From the NCBI GenBank assembly GCA_963724295.1, contig CAVRUC010000008.1:160001-224000 (forward strand): a stretch of DNA of 64,000 nucleotides, given 5' to 3'. The DNA comes from an uncultured Chloroflexia bacterium. GTDB lineage: Bacteria; Chloroflexota; Chloroflexia; Thermomicrobiales; UBA6265. This document shows positions 9,332 through 22,532 of this stretch, one piece after another (position 1 is the first letter of the stretch; every line of letters starts with the position of its first letter). The notes beneath the pieces were generated by a model. It ran no database searches and was not told the origin of the DNA. It saw nothing but the letters and a program-made list of their open reading frames with translations. Both the position numbers and the translations under genes were made by a program.

Positions 9332-9946
9332 TGAGATTTCCCACTCGCGCTCACCCTCCGTGCCCTGGGAGGTGAGCGTCCCCCCATGTTTTTTCACGCG
9401 TGGATTCCGCAGGTATATCCATTCGACCGGTGATACGTGCGCTCCGGGCCATGCCGCGAAACCAGAACTCGGCCTCTCCACCGCGACGAACGGTAAGCTC
9501 CACGGACATCATCATTGGTGTTTGGGCCTTGCTGAACGTCGGCGTGCGAGGAGCTTCGTCGTACTGCCGTACTGGCGTTCGAGGTGGCGGATGGTCCGAC
9601 GCGCGCTGCCGCCTCAAACCCCGAAGGATCACAACGGTTTGCTCAAAAAGGCGACGGCTCTGCGCGCGGCGTTCCCGTGCCGCACGATCACGTCCACCGC
9701 CCCTGGTCCGACCATCACGCCCGGCCAGATCGCTGCTCAGCGTCGCTCATGAGCACCCCCTTTTGGAAGCGCTCACGACCAGGACTCGCCCCATTATCGC
9801 GCAGAGGGCACCACCGCCGCGGGTCGCAGCGGGCGAGCGCAAACCGAGCGGGCTAGGCATACCGCCGGCGATGGCGGAGAGGGATGTCGTGGCCTACGAG
9901 CGACCTGGTAGGCACCTGTTCTAACAGCCGCAACCAATCCCCCATG

Positions 9947-9990
9947 TGCCCGGTGTAGCGCACGCGCTACACCAAGAGCCTAACTGCTCA
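9947..9990. repeat. Palindromic ~43-bp direct repeat, copy 2
   Basis: GGTGTAGCGC-AC-GCGCTACACC perfect 10-bp stem followed by AAGAGCCTAACTGCTCA. Confidence 0.8.
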
Positions 9991-10081
9991 GGTCTCATGC
10001 GGCGCTGGCAGCGGTGCCTCGGCTCGTGGTTTCGACGGGAGCGTTCTCGCGATCTGCGCCTCGAGATGCTCCGCGTCCGCG

Positions 10082-12810
<2,729 letters not shown>

Positions 12811-12939
12811 GCCTTAGAGCCCCATTTCTCTGAAGGGAACGACACGGGTCCCTGCTGTACGATCGGGAAACGCCGAGATCTCGGGCGACCGCGTTGCGCC
12901 AGCGGCTTTCGTCTTGAAAAGCGGTGAGATTCCCGCCCG

Positions 12940-13239
12940 TTATCCCTGACCTGGCAGCTGCGAGGTGTCCCAGCTTACCTGGAGCTTTCGCACCTGACCG
13001 GGCTGGACGCTCGCCTCCTGAAGTGCGGGTTGCAAGATTTCCTGGTTGAAACGCTGGTATACGTCGTCCGACTCCCAGACGTTGAAGGTCCACCAGCCGC
13101 CAACGTCGTTCGGTCCTTCCGCATGGTAGAGGCCGCCCGCCGGGAATGTGTTCGCGAGCCTGCGGTTGATGCTTTCAGCGACGCGTTGCGATGCGTCAGT
13201 AGGCGCCTGGGACCATTCGCTAAAGACGGCAATTGCCAT
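12940..13239 (-). CDS. Small hypothetical protein (ABM-like dimeric alpha-beta barrel)
   Basis: ATG after GGAAGGG; G.LYHAEGP...GW...NVWES pattern. Confidence 0.7.
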   Translation of the reverse strand: MAIAVFSEWSQAPTDASQRVAESINRRLANTFPAGGLYHAEGPNDVGGWWTFNVWESDDVYQRFNQEILQPALQEASVQPGQVRKLQVSWDTSQLPGQG

Positions 13240-13362
13240 CGTGTGCCCTTCCCGTTGTCGCGTGCGTGGCCATGCTCGCGTCGAGCATCCGGGGATTATC
13301 GCAGGCGTATTGGTGACTACTTGCGCCATACATGGTGGGTGCCTCCCCGTTTTCTCGGCGAC

Positions 13363-14259
13363 TTACCTTTCTCGTGCCCGCGGGTCGAGCGCATCGCGCA
13401 GCGCATCCCCGAGCAGATTCAGTGTCAGCACGGTGAGCACCAATGCGATCCCCGGGAAGAGCGCCAGCCACCAGGCGCTCTGCAGCACTCGCTGCCCGTC
13501 GCGCAACATGTTTCCCCAGGTGGGGGTCTCCGGATCGACCCCGGCCCCGAGGAAGGAGAGCGAGGCCTCCGAGATGATGGCGAAGGCGACGACGAAGGTG
13601 CATTGCACGATCAGCGGTGAGAACCCGTTGGGGTAGACGTAGCGGAGCAGAACCTGGCTATCCGTCATCCCGATCGAGCGCGCCGATTCCACGAACGGCT
13701 GCTGCCTCGTCACCAGCGTTGTCGAGCGCACCAGGCGGGCGATGGTCGGGGTGTAGACGACCACCAGGGCGATGAAGACATTGACCGCCGAGGTGCCGAG
13801 ACTGGCCATGATGGCGATAGCCAGCAGGATGCTGGGGAAGGCCATCAGCCCGTCCAGCGTGCGCATGATCGGCGTGTCGAGCCGGGGGAAATAGCCGGAC
13901 ATCAGCCCCAGCGCGGACCCGATCAACGCCGCGGCGATCGTCACGCTGACACCGATCATCAGTGAGACGCGGCCGCCGTAGATGACCCGGCTGAAGATAT
14001 CCCGGCCGCGGTCATCGGTCCCTAGCGGGTGATCGAGCGATGGTCCCTGCAGCCGCACGGCCGGATCAAGGAACGTCGGGTCGTGCGGGGTCAGCACGGG
14101 GGCAAAGGCCGCGGACAGGACCACTAGCAGCAGGAAACCCGCGCTGATCACCGTGACCGGGTTTGTGAAGAGGACTCGTGTCCACCCCGCTCGCCGTTCA
14201 CCGGCACGCGTCAGCACCGCGCCCTGGTCGGGTCCGATGCTGGTCGCTACAGCCATCAT
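13363..14259 (-). CDS. Opp/Dpp ABC permease (DppC-like)
   Basis: HPLGTDDRGRDIFSRVIYGGRVSL, FVESARSIG, PTWGNML, NLLGDALRDALDP. Confidence 0.93.
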   Translation of the reverse strand: MMAVATSIGPDQGAVLTRAGERRAGWTRVLFTNPVTVISAGFLLLVVLSAAFAPVLTPHDPTFLDPAVRLQGPSLDHPLGTDDRGRDIFSRVIYGGRVSLMIGVSVTIAAALIGSALGLMSGYFPRLDTPIMRTLDGLMAFPSILLAIAIMASLGTSAVNVFIALVVVYTPTIARLVRSTTLVTRQQPFVESARSIGMTDSQVLLRYVYPNGFSPLIVQCTFVVAFAIISEASLSFLGAGVDPETPTWGNMLRDGQRVLQSAWWLALFPGIALVLTVLTLNLLGDALRDALDPRARER

Positions 14260-15206
14260 TCGCCCCCGAGCCGCACGCGCGGATCGATGTAGACATAGAG
14301 CACGTCGATGACGAGATTGACCAGAACGTAGGTCATGGCGATGGCGATGATTGCCCCCTGGATGACGGGGTAGTCACGGCGGGCGATGCTCTGCACGACG
14401 AGGCGTCCCATGCCCGGGATGGTGAAGACGGTCTCGGTGACGACGGCGCCGCCGAGCAGGGCTCCGATCGAGATGCCGATGATGGTCAGCGCCGGGATGA
14501 GCGCGTTCCGCAGCGCGTGACGGACGATCACGAGCTGCTCCGGCAGACCTTTGGCGAAGGCGGTCCGCACGTAGTCCTCGCGCAGCACGTCGAGCATCGA
14601 TGAGCGCACCAGTCGCGCCAGCAACCCGGCAGCGGAGAACCCCAGGGCGAACGCCGGCAGGAGCATCGCTTTGAAATGGGCAACCGGGTCCTCTCCGAAC
14701 GGCACGTAGCCCCCGGAGGGGAGCCAGCGTAGGTGCACGGCGAAGATCAGGATGAGCAGGATGCCGAGAAAGAAGGTGGGGATGGCCGAGCCGGAGATGG
14801 CCATCACCGTAAGCGTGCGGTCGAGCGGTGAGTTGTAACGCACTGCCGCCAGTACACCGGCCGGGATGCCGATGAGCACCTGGATGCTAAGGGCATAGAC
14901 GGTCAACAGCACTGTCGGCTGCACGCGGCTGAGGAGCGCCTGGGTAACCGGCTCGCCGAGGAAGATCGACTCTCCGAAGTCGAGCCGCAGCACGTTCCCG
15001 AACCAGCGCACGAACTGGACGGGTAGCGGGTCGTTCAACCCGAGTTGCTCGCGCAGCCGCGCGATGTCCTCGGGCGTCGCCCGGTCACCCAGGATCACCG
15101 CCGCCGGGTCGCCCGGCGTCAGATGCACTAATCCGAAGACGACCACACCGACGACGATCAGCACTGGCACCAGCATCACCAGCCGGCGCAGGATGTAGGC
15201 GGTCAC
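14256..15206 (-). CDS. Opp/Dpp ABC permease (DppB-like)
   Basis: PGDPA, DYVRTAFAKG, HALRNALIP, RDYPVIQG, DPRVR. Confidence 0.93.
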   Translation of the reverse strand: MTAYILRRLVMLVPVLIVVGVVVFGLVHLTPGDPAAVILGDRATPEDIARLREQLGLNDPLPVQFVRWFGNVLRLDFGESIFLGEPVTQALLSRVQPTVLLTVYALSIQVLIGIPAGVLAAVRYNSPLDRTLTVMAISGSAIPTFFLGILLILIFAVHLRWLPSGGYVPFGEDPVAHFKAMLLPAFALGFSAAGLLARLVRSSMLDVLREDYVRTAFAKGLPEQLVIVRHALRNALIPALTIIGISIGALLGGAVVTETVFTIPGMGRLVVQSIARRDYPVIQGAIIAIAMTYVLVNLVIDVLYVYIDPRVRLGGE

Positions 15207-15350
15207 GGGGTGATAGGGTGATGGGGTGATGGGGTGATGGGCGGATGTTCCCGCACCATCAACCCCTGCTCTCTCCGTCCACCCATTGCGAAGGGTGAAA
15301 GAAGTACGGAGTTCGAGTTCACCGCAACCTCCCTATCACCCCAATATCCT
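15207..15350. repeat. Composite palindrome with (GGGTGATR)n arms
   Basis: GGGGTGATAGGGTGATGGGGTGATGGGGTGATGGG on the left; CCTATCACCCC on the right. Confidence 0.75.
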
Positions 15351-15358
15351 AGGATCCA

Positions 15359-17071
15359 TCACCCCTCGTTCAACCACATATTCCAGAACTTGAAGCCTCG
15401 TTCGAACTGCCCGTCCCAGCCGCCAACCTTATCGGAGCGGAAGAAGACCCGGCTTGAATCACCGATCTTGATCGCCGGGATCTCCGTGTAGTGGGCTTCC
15501 TGAATCTGCTCGAAGATCGGCATGCGGGTGTCGAAGTCGGACTCGGCCAAGAGTTCCGCGGCCAGGGCGAGGCTGCTCTCCGAGCTCCACCAGCCCGGAT
15601 ACTGGTTCATCTGCCCGACGTAGGAGATCTGGCTCGGGTCAGGCACGAAGCCGTGGCCGGTCCCGAACATGTCCCACTCCTCCGGGATGGCCCGCCGCTC
15701 CAGGACAGTCGCCCAATCGACGACCTGCAGATCGACGGTAATACCGACCGCCTCCAGCTGCTGCTGGGCGACGATCGCCTCACCGTACATGTACGAGTAT
15801 TCCTGGGTGGTCAGGAAGCGGAGCGGCTCACCATCGTAGCCAGCCTCCTGCAGTTTCTCCTTCGCCAGATCGGGATTGTTGACGTTGTAATGCTCTTCAC
15901 CAGCGGTCGAGTGCCAGGGGGTTTGCTGCATCATCAGACCGGGATCGAGCCGGATAAACTCGTCGCCACCGCGGCCCGATTGCAGCATCGGCAGGTGGTC
16001 GAACGCTGCTTGCACCGCCTGACGCATGGCCAGGTTCTCCATCATTGGTGACTTCCAGTTCAGGAAGAAGACGTCCCATTCGGTCGGCGTCAGGATCTCG
16101 GCAACCACGCCGGGGAAATCCTGGAGCACCGTGTACTGGTCATTCCCAATGTCGAGCCCGAGGTGATAATCGCCCGCCTGCAAGCCGGCCACACGCGCCG
16201 CCTCATCGGGTACGGGGATGAACTCGATGACGTCCGGGTAGGCGTACTTGGTGCCACCGTAGCCCATAGGCCCGTCGTCCGAGGACGACGTGTAGTCATC
16301 GAAGCGCTCGAAGACCATCGCCGCGTCTCGCCGCCACTCCACGACCCTGTACGGTCCAGTGCCGATGTATTGCGTTGGGTCGGTAATCGGGTCATCACCG
16401 GCCGCGTCGAGGACCGACTTGGGGTGGATCGTGCAGGCTTGAGTATTGTGGGCCAGCGCGATCAGGATCGTGCCGTACGGCTCGCTGAGGCGGAACTCCA
16501 GCGTGTAGTCGTCGACCTGGGCCAGCTCGCTGGTCTTCTCCATGAGCCGCTTGCCGACGCCGCTGATGCGACCCCAGCGCTCGAGCGAGGCGATCGCGTC
16601 GGCCGCCTTCAACTCCTCGCCGTTGTGGAACATGACGCCCTGGCGCAGGGCCATCGTGTGGGTCAAACCGTCTTCGCTGACGGTATGCGTCTCCACAAGC
16701 TCAGGGATCGCCTGGTATGTTTCGTCGTAGGTGAAGAGCCCCTCGTAGGCGCAGTAGCCGAGCTCCGCCACGATTGTTGCGGTCGACTGATGCTCGTCAA
16801 GATTAGGCGGCTCGCCGATGGTCGCCACCCGCAGCGTGCCGCCGCGCACGCCGGCTGCGGGGTCATCTTGCATCGCCCGCAGCACCGCGGCTGAGGCCTG
16901 ACCGGTGGCCTCACGTCCGACGAGCGCCGCCAGCCCGGCGCTGCCCAGGCCCAGCATGGCTGCCCGGCGTAAGAGCGAGCGGCGATTGAGCTGTCCGCGC
17001 TCCCACTCCGCGACAATGGCGGCGACTTCGCGCCGCGTCGCCAATGGTGTCCTGCCGGTGAGTCGGGTCAT
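15359..17071 (-). CDS. Opp/Dpp ABC substrate-binding protein (family 5), Tat signal
   Basis: NRRSLL, RGGTLRVA, FHNGEEL.A.D, IGTGPY. Confidence 0.93.
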   Translation of the reverse strand: MTRLTGRTPLATRREVAAIVAEWERGQLNRRSLLRRAAMLGLGSAGLAALVGREATGQASAAVLRAMQDDPAAGVRGGTLRVATIGEPPNLDEHQSTATIVAELGYCAYEGLFTYDETYQAIPELVETHTVSEDGLTHTMALRQGVMFHNGEELKAADAIASLERWGRISGVGKRLMEKTSELAQVDDYTLEFRLSEPYGTILIALAHNTQACTIHPKSVLDAAGDDPITDPTQYIGTGPYRVVEWRRDAAMVFERFDDYTSSSDDGPMGYGGTKYAYPDVIEFIPVPDEAARVAGLQAGDYHLGLDIGNDQYTVLQDFPGVVAEILTPTEWDVFFLNWKSPMMENLAMRQAVQAAFDHLPMLQSGRGGDEFIRLDPGLMMQQTPWHSTAGEEHYNVNNPDLAKEKLQEAGYDGEPLRFLTTQEYSYMYGEAIVAQQQLEAVGITVDLQVVDWATVLERRAIPEEWDMFGTGHGFVPDPSQISYVGQMNQYPGWWSSESSLALAAELLAESDFDTRMPIFEQIQEAHYTEIPAIKIGDSSRVFFRSDKVGGWDGQFERGFKFWNMWLNEG

Positions 17072-17307
17072 CTTCGAGCCTCCTCTGCTTCACTTGGCCG
17101 GAGTGGCCACCAGGACGATGGGAGGAGATCGGCACCGGAACGAGGTGATTACCTCTTCACGACCGACGCTTAATCCTCCCTCCGTCATTTGTCCGTGTGC
17201 GTGCCCGGCATCATAAAACAGGTGAGGAAGTTGTCAAATGTTCCTCTCTGATTGATAAGGCCGCTCGAGAATCACCTCCTGCCGCGGAAGGAGTACCGGG
17301 TTTGTCC

Positions 17308-18471
17308 ATGAGGAATACCGGGGTCGTCGTCATCGGTGGCGGCATCAGTGGCGCCGCCGCGACGTATGAGCTCGCTCGCACCGGGGCGAAGGTGACCCTG
17401 CTGGAGCAGAAATCATTGGCCAGCATGGCCTCCGGCTGGACGCTGGCGGGGGTGCGCCAGTCGGGGCGGCATCCGGCCGAACTGCCGCTGGCGACCGCCG
17501 CGGTGGCCCGCTGGGAGCGACTCGGTGACGAACTCGGTGCCGACGTCGAGTACCGCCGTGAAGGCAACCTGCGGCTGGCACGGTTCCCCGAGGAAGTCCC
17601 CGTGATCCAGGCCATCGTCGCCGAGCAGCGCGATCTCGGGCTGGACCTGACGTATCTCCCGGACAACGCCGCCGTGCGGGAGATCGCGCCGGCGATTGCG
17701 GAATCGGTCCTCTCCGCCTCGTACTGTCCGACCGATGGCCACGCCAACCCCATCGCCACAGTCGAGGCATTCGCTCAGGCCGCCGCGCGACACGGGGCGA
17801 CGCTGCACACGGAAACCGCGGTGACCGCGATCGACGTCAGCGGCGGCCGCATCCATGGAGTCCGCTCCTCCGAAGGTGACTTCGCCGCCGACGTTGTCGT
17901 GGTCGCGGCCGGCGTCCACACAGCTCAGCTCTGCGCGCCGCTGGGGTTGGACCTACCGATTCAGGTGTCGCGAGTTGCCGTCGTCCAGACCGTGCCCTTA
18001 CCGCCGCTCATCCAGCAGGTGCTCGGCACGGCAGGCGCGGACTTCGCCGGCCGCCAGGAAGTTGGTGGTCGCTTCCGGCTGACCGGCGGCGGCCAGCCGT
18101 GGCCTCACCGGCCCGAGGATCTCGCGCAGAACGATGATCAGGTCCGCCCGCCCGCGGCGGACGTCATCGCGGCACTTACCCGCGGTATCGAGGTGTTACC
18201 CGCTCTCGGCGAGACTAGCGTCGCTCGGGTCTGGGGTGGGCTGCTCGACATGACACCGGATGCTCTACCGATCATCGAGCGGGTCCCGGAATTCGATGGC
18301 TTGGTCGTTGCCGCCGGGTTCTCGGGCCACGGTTTCTGCCTCGGCCCGATAACGGGTCAGATTGTGTGCGAACTGGTAGGCAAGGGAACGACGTCGCTCC
18401 CCATACAGCCGTTCACCTGGAACCGTTTCGCCGCCATGTCGGGCCTGGCCGGGGCTACGTTGCACGGATAA
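17308..18471 (+). CDS. FAD-dependent oxidoreductase (DAO / sarcosine oxidase beta-like)
   Basis: VVIGGGISG, ASG..LAGVR, WGGLLDMTPD.LPII, GFSGHGF. Confidence 0.9.
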   Translation: MRNTGVVVIGGGISGAAATYELARTGAKVTLLEQKSLASMASGWTLAGVRQSGRHPAELPLATAAVARWERLGDELGADVEYRREGNLRLARFPEEVPVIQAIVAEQRDLGLDLTYLPDNAAVREIAPAIAESVLSASYCPTDGHANPIATVEAFAQAAARHGATLHTETAVTAIDVSGGRIHGVRSSEGDFAADVVVVAAGVHTAQLCAPLGLDLPIQVSRVAVVQTVPLPPLIQQVLGTAGADFAGRQEVGGRFRLTGGGQPWPHRPEDLAQNDDQVRPPAADVIAALTRGIEVLPALGETSVARVWGGLLDMTPDALPIIERVPEFDGLVVAAGFSGHGFCLGPITGQIVCELVGKGTTSLPIQPFTWNRFAAMSGLAGATLHG

Positions 18472-18682
18472 CCACAGCCGAATCCGCGGCGGACCAGGCG
18501 CTGTGTCCGTGCTCAAACCTGTTCGTGCGCACCGCTTCCGTCTACCATGAGAGCCTGCTCAGTGGTTCACCCAAGGTGTCCCGCCACTGGTTTCTCGAGT
18601 TTTTTCGGTCTCGATTGCGAGGCCGCCTGAGCCCATCGGCCGGTTCTATCGGCCCGCATGGCAGACGAGGAGGTCCCAGATC

Positions 18683-20305
18683 ATGACCAGACGTCGATGG
18701 CTAACATCCCTGCTGGCGATGGTCCTTTTCCTTTCGGCAGGCACGACGGCGTTCGTCGGCAGCGCTGTGGCCCAGGACGAGGGTGACCGTCCGGTCCTTC
18801 GCTTTGGCGTCAACGCCGCGGATCTGGCCACGCTCGACCCACACTTCGCCTCCGGCACGCAGGACCGCACCGTCGTCGACATGGTCTTCAACGCCCTGGT
18901 TCGCTTCGTGCCGGGCAACAGTGCCGAGATGGAGCCGGACATCGCGACGGCGATCCCCGAGCCGGAGATCGTCGACGGGAAGCAGGTCTGGACGTTTGAG
19001 CTACGCGACGACGTGATGTGCCATCCCGGTCCGGATACCGAGGCCTACCCGCTCACCGCCGACGACGTCGTCTACTCATTGCAGAAGTCCGCGGACGTCG
19101 ACCGATCCGCCTATGCGGGCGACTATGCGGGGATGACTGTGGAGAAGGTTGACGATCACACGGTCACCATAACGATGGACACTCCCCTCTCCTACATACT
19201 CTTCCTGCCGAAAATCGCCAACTACGCCGGAGGGTTCATCATCTGCGCGCAACCGGCCGAGGCTATGGGGGACGAAGCGATCAAGACCCACCCGGTCGGC
19301 ACCGGGCCGTTCATGTTCGAGAGCTACACCCCGCAGAACAGCGTGGTACTGACCGCCAACGACGACTACTTCCGGGGCGCACCCAAGCTGGGTGGCGTCG
19401 AGGTGCGCTACATGGCGGATCCAAACACCCGCGAGCTCGGCCTGCAAGCGGGCGAGCTGGATCTCGCCGCGGGCGTCAACGAGGCGCAGTGGGTCGATCG
19501 CATCAATGCCGAGGGGAACCTGACCGCCGATGTCTTCGGCGTCGCGGAGCCCGTCTGGATCAACCTCAATGTGACCGCGGAGCCGCTCGACGATCCGCTG
19601 GTGCGTGAGGCGATTGCGCTGGCGATCAACCTCGATGAGCACGCGGCGCTGCGTGGCGCTCCGGTCTCTGAACCCATCTTCTCGGTCGTGCCGCCCCAGC
19701 TGCCGGGCGGGCTGACGGAGGAAGAAGCCACCGCCGCGGGCGTGCTGCGCGAGCAGGATATCGAGCGGGCGCGGGAATTGATGGCCGAGGCGGGGTACGC
19801 CGACGGGTTCAGTATGGACCTGATTACGTCGGAGATGACGGACTACAGCGCCAACTACGAAGTGCTGCAGGCGGAGCTGGCGGAGATCGGCATCACGGTC
19901 AATCTCACTGTGGTCGACCATGCCACGATGCACGCGCAGATCCGCGAGGACGTCAACCCGATCGTGATCTACGTCGCCTACCGGCCGAACGCCGACGTCT
20001 ACCTGACCAACTTCTTTCACTCCAATTCGATCGTCGTCGAGGGAGAGTCGCCGATCACCAACTTCTCCCACTACTCAGGGGTCGACGATCTGATCGAGCA
20101 GGCCCGCGCCGAGACCGATCCCACGGCGCAGGAAGAGCTCTGGAAGCAGGCCAATATCCAGATCCAGAAGGATTTGGCCGCCATTCCGCTCTACATGCAG
20201 AGTCTGGTTTACGCGCGGACGCCTGCCGTCGACTACGGACACGAGCTGGTGTCCAGCCTCGCCCTCTATCCGCAGATCACCGAATTGACGACAGTGGAGC
20301 GGTAG
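18683..20305 (+). CDS. Opp/Dpp ABC substrate-binding protein
   Basis: Signal peptide, LDP, LTADDVVYS, PVGTGPF, VREAIALAIN. Confidence 0.92.
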   Translation: MTRRRWLTSLLAMVLFLSAGTTAFVGSAVAQDEGDRPVLRFGVNAADLATLDPHFASGTQDRTVVDMVFNALVRFVPGNSAEMEPDIATAIPEPEIVDGKQVWTFELRDDVMCHPGPDTEAYPLTADDVVYSLQKSADVDRSAYAGDYAGMTVEKVDDHTVTITMDTPLSYILFLPKIANYAGGFIICAQPAEAMGDEAIKTHPVGTGPFMFESYTPQNSVVLTANDDYFRGAPKLGGVEVRYMADPNTRELGLQAGELDLAAGVNEAQWVDRINAEGNLTADVFGVAEPVWINLNVTAEPLDDPLVREAIALAINLDEHAALRGAPVSEPIFSVVPPQLPGGLTEEEATAAGVLREQDIERARELMAEAGYADGFSMDLITSEMTDYSANYEVLQAELAEIGITVNLTVVDHATMHAQIREDVNPIVIYVAYRPNADVYLTNFFHSNSIVVEGESPITNFSHYSGVDDLIEQARAETDPTAQEELWKQANIQIQKDLAAIPLYMQSLVYARTPAVDYGHELVSSLALYPQITELTTVER

Positions 20306-20358
20306 CGGCCGGCATTCAAGACGCCGGCTTTCGGCCCGGAATGCACGGAGAGCAGTAG

Positions 20359-20392
20359 GGTCAAGGGGCACGGCGCGCCGTGCCCCTTGACC
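20359..20392. repeat. Perfect 34-bp palindrome (REP-like)
   Basis: GGTCAAGGGGCACGGCG|CGCCGTGCCCCTTGACC, with a GTAG motif immediately upstream. Confidence 0.85.
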
Positions 20393-20479
20393 AGCCGTCC
20401 TCCGAAAATGGCGCGAGTTTGAAGGCAATGCGATCCAGGAATCGTGTGCGGCCGCTGTTGAGGCGCCTGGGATGATCCA

Positions 20480-21421
20480 ATGATCCGCCATATTGGCCGG
20501 CGTCTGCTGCTGGCGGTTCCGACGCTGCTGGCGGTGTTCACCATCATCTTCATCATCGTTCGAGTCGCGCCGGGGGATCCCGCGGTCGCGGCGCTGGGAG
20601 ACTACGCGTCGGCCGACGCGGTGGCGGCGCTGCGGGAGCGGATGGGTCTCAACGAGCCACTCTGGAAGCAGTACCTGACGTTCCTCGGCGATCTCAGCCG
20701 CGGCGATCTCGGCCGCTCCCTGATCTCCCAGAAACCGGTCAGCGAGCAGATCGCGTTCGTCCTGCCGTACACCCTGGAGCTGACCGCCGCCGCGATTGTG
20801 ATCGGACTCGTCCTCGGTATTCCAACCGGCGTGATCACCGCGATTCGCCGCAACACCGCCGTGGATTATGTCGGGCGAATGCTCTCGCTGCTGGGTTTGT
20901 CTTTTCCGTCGTTCTATCTCGGCATCTTGCTCATATTTTTTTTCGCGGTGAGGCTGGGGCTCTTTCCTGCCGTCGGGTCGGCGCCGTTTTCAGAGCCGGG
21001 CCGCAATTTGCACTATCTGGTGCTCCCCGCGGTCACTCTGGGACTGATCGAGACGGCATACATCGCTCGCATGACCCGCTCGGTCGTCTTGACGATCCTG
21101 ACCGATGATTACATCCGCACGGCTCGCGCCAAGGGTCTTGAAGAGTGGGTCGTGCTGGTGAAGCATGCGCTGCGCGCCGCACTCATCCCCATCGTCTCGC
21201 TCGTCGGCATCTTCGCCATCAGCCTCATCGGCAGCTCCGTTCTGGTCGAGGAGGTCTTCGCGCGGCCGGGACTGGGCAAGTTGATGGTTGGCGCCACCAA
21301 GCAGAAGGACTACACCACGCTGCAATCGATCATGGTCGTCTATGCGTTGATCATCGTGATCATCAATCTCATCGTCGACATCATCTACACCTACGTCGAC
21401 CCGCGGGTGAGGTTCAGCTGA
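20480..21421 (+). CDS. Opp/Dpp ABC permease (DppB-like)
   Basis: PGDPA, DYIRTARAKG, VEEVFARPGLG, DPRVR. Confidence 0.93.
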   Translation: MIRHIGRRLLLAVPTLLAVFTIIFIIVRVAPGDPAVAALGDYASADAVAALRERMGLNEPLWKQYLTFLGDLSRGDLGRSLISQKPVSEQIAFVLPYTLELTAAAIVIGLVLGIPTGVITAIRRNTAVDYVGRMLSLLGLSFPSFYLGILLIFFFAVRLGLFPAVGSAPFSEPGRNLHYLVLPAVTLGLIETAYIARMTRSVVLTILTDDYIRTARAKGLEEWVVLVKHALRAALIPIVSLVGIFAISLIGSSVLVEEVFARPGLGKLMVGATKQKDYTTLQSIMVVYALIIVIINLIVDIIYTYVDPRVRFS

Positions 21422-22332
21422 TGGCGGATGCGGTGGCGAACCCAGGAGGGCCGGGACAGGTCACGCTCGCCTCACCGGAAGCGCCCAAACTCATTTCCCA
21501 GCGCCAGCGCGCGCTGCGGACGTTCACCGGCAACCGCACGGCGGTTGTCGGTCTGGCCATGATCCTGATCATCGTGTTCATCGCCATCGCCGCACCGCTC
21601 CTGGCGCCGTACGATCCGCTCGATCAGAGCGTGAGCAGCCGTCTCGATCCGCCGTCCCGCGAGCACCCGATGGGTCTGGACGACAAGGGGCGCGACATCC
21701 TCTCCCGCGTCATCTATGGAACGCGGATTGCCCTTATGGTTGGGTTCTTCTCCGTCCTGGTCGGTGGCGCGCTGGGGACGGCCATTGGCGTCGCGGCCGG
21801 CTACTTCGGTGGCAAGATCGACAGCGCGCTGATGCGCCTCACGGACGTGATGCTGGCGTTCCCCGACCTCATCACCGGGTTGCTGGTCCTGGCAGTCCTC
21901 GGACCCGGTCTGTGGAAGATGATCTTCGCCATCGGTCTCACCATCGCGCCGCGGTTCGCCCGCATTGCCTACGGCCCGACGCTGGCGATCAAGGGCAAAG
22001 AGTTCGTCGAGGCGGCACGCTCGATTGGCGTGCGGGACGTGCGATTGCTACGCGTCCACATCCTCCCCAACGTCGGCGGCGACCTGCTCGTCTTCGGCAG
22101 TCTCTGGACGGCGTCGGCCATTCGTCTGGAGGCCAGCCTGAGCTTCATCGGTCTCGGCGTGGCCCCGCCGACGCCGACCTGGGGTCAGATGATCCGCGAG
22201 GGCACGATCCACCTGACCACGGTGCCGATGTACTCGCTCGGACCGGGACTTGCTCTCCTGCTTACCGTCTTCGCCTTCAACCTCGTTGGCGACGGTCTGC
22301 GCGATGTGCTCGACCCCAAAGCCAGGGCATGA
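21421..22332 (+). CDS. Opp/Dpp ABC permease (DppC-like)
   Basis: TGATG overlap with upstream gene; GRDILSRVIYG, EFVEAARSIG, PTWG, GDGLRDVLDP. Confidence 0.93.
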   Translation: MADAVANPGGPGQVTLASPEAPKLISQRQRALRTFTGNRTAVVGLAMILIIVFIAIAAPLLAPYDPLDQSVSSRLDPPSREHPMGLDDKGRDILSRVIYGTRIALMVGFFSVLVGGALGTAIGVAAGYFGGKIDSALMRLTDVMLAFPDLITGLLVLAVLGPGLWKMIFAIGLTIAPRFARIAYGPTLAIKGKEFVEAARSIGVRDVRLLRVHILPNVGGDLLVFGSLWTASAIRLEASLSFIGLGVAPPTPTWGQMIREGTIHLTTVPMYSLGPGLALLLTVFAFNLVGDGLRDVLDPKARA

Positions 22333-22532
22333 CGCCGGCTGGGCGCGGAAGTCGACCAGAGACACGCTGCCCTATCTGCGGCGGTGCCGGACCTGTCGAC
22401 GCCGGCAATCTCAATGGCGTTGACGGGTGTAGGATAGGACGCGTCAGCTATCGCATGGAGACGGCAAGGACGAGACTAGGCCGCTAGCTAACGGCTAAAA
22501 GCCGATAGCCAGGCACTAAAAAGGACGCAGCC

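Noticed and set aside
9915..10040. Integron attC site (GCCTAAC / TTCTAAC)
   Set aside because: No complementary GTTRRRY end at a suitable distance and no integron integrase
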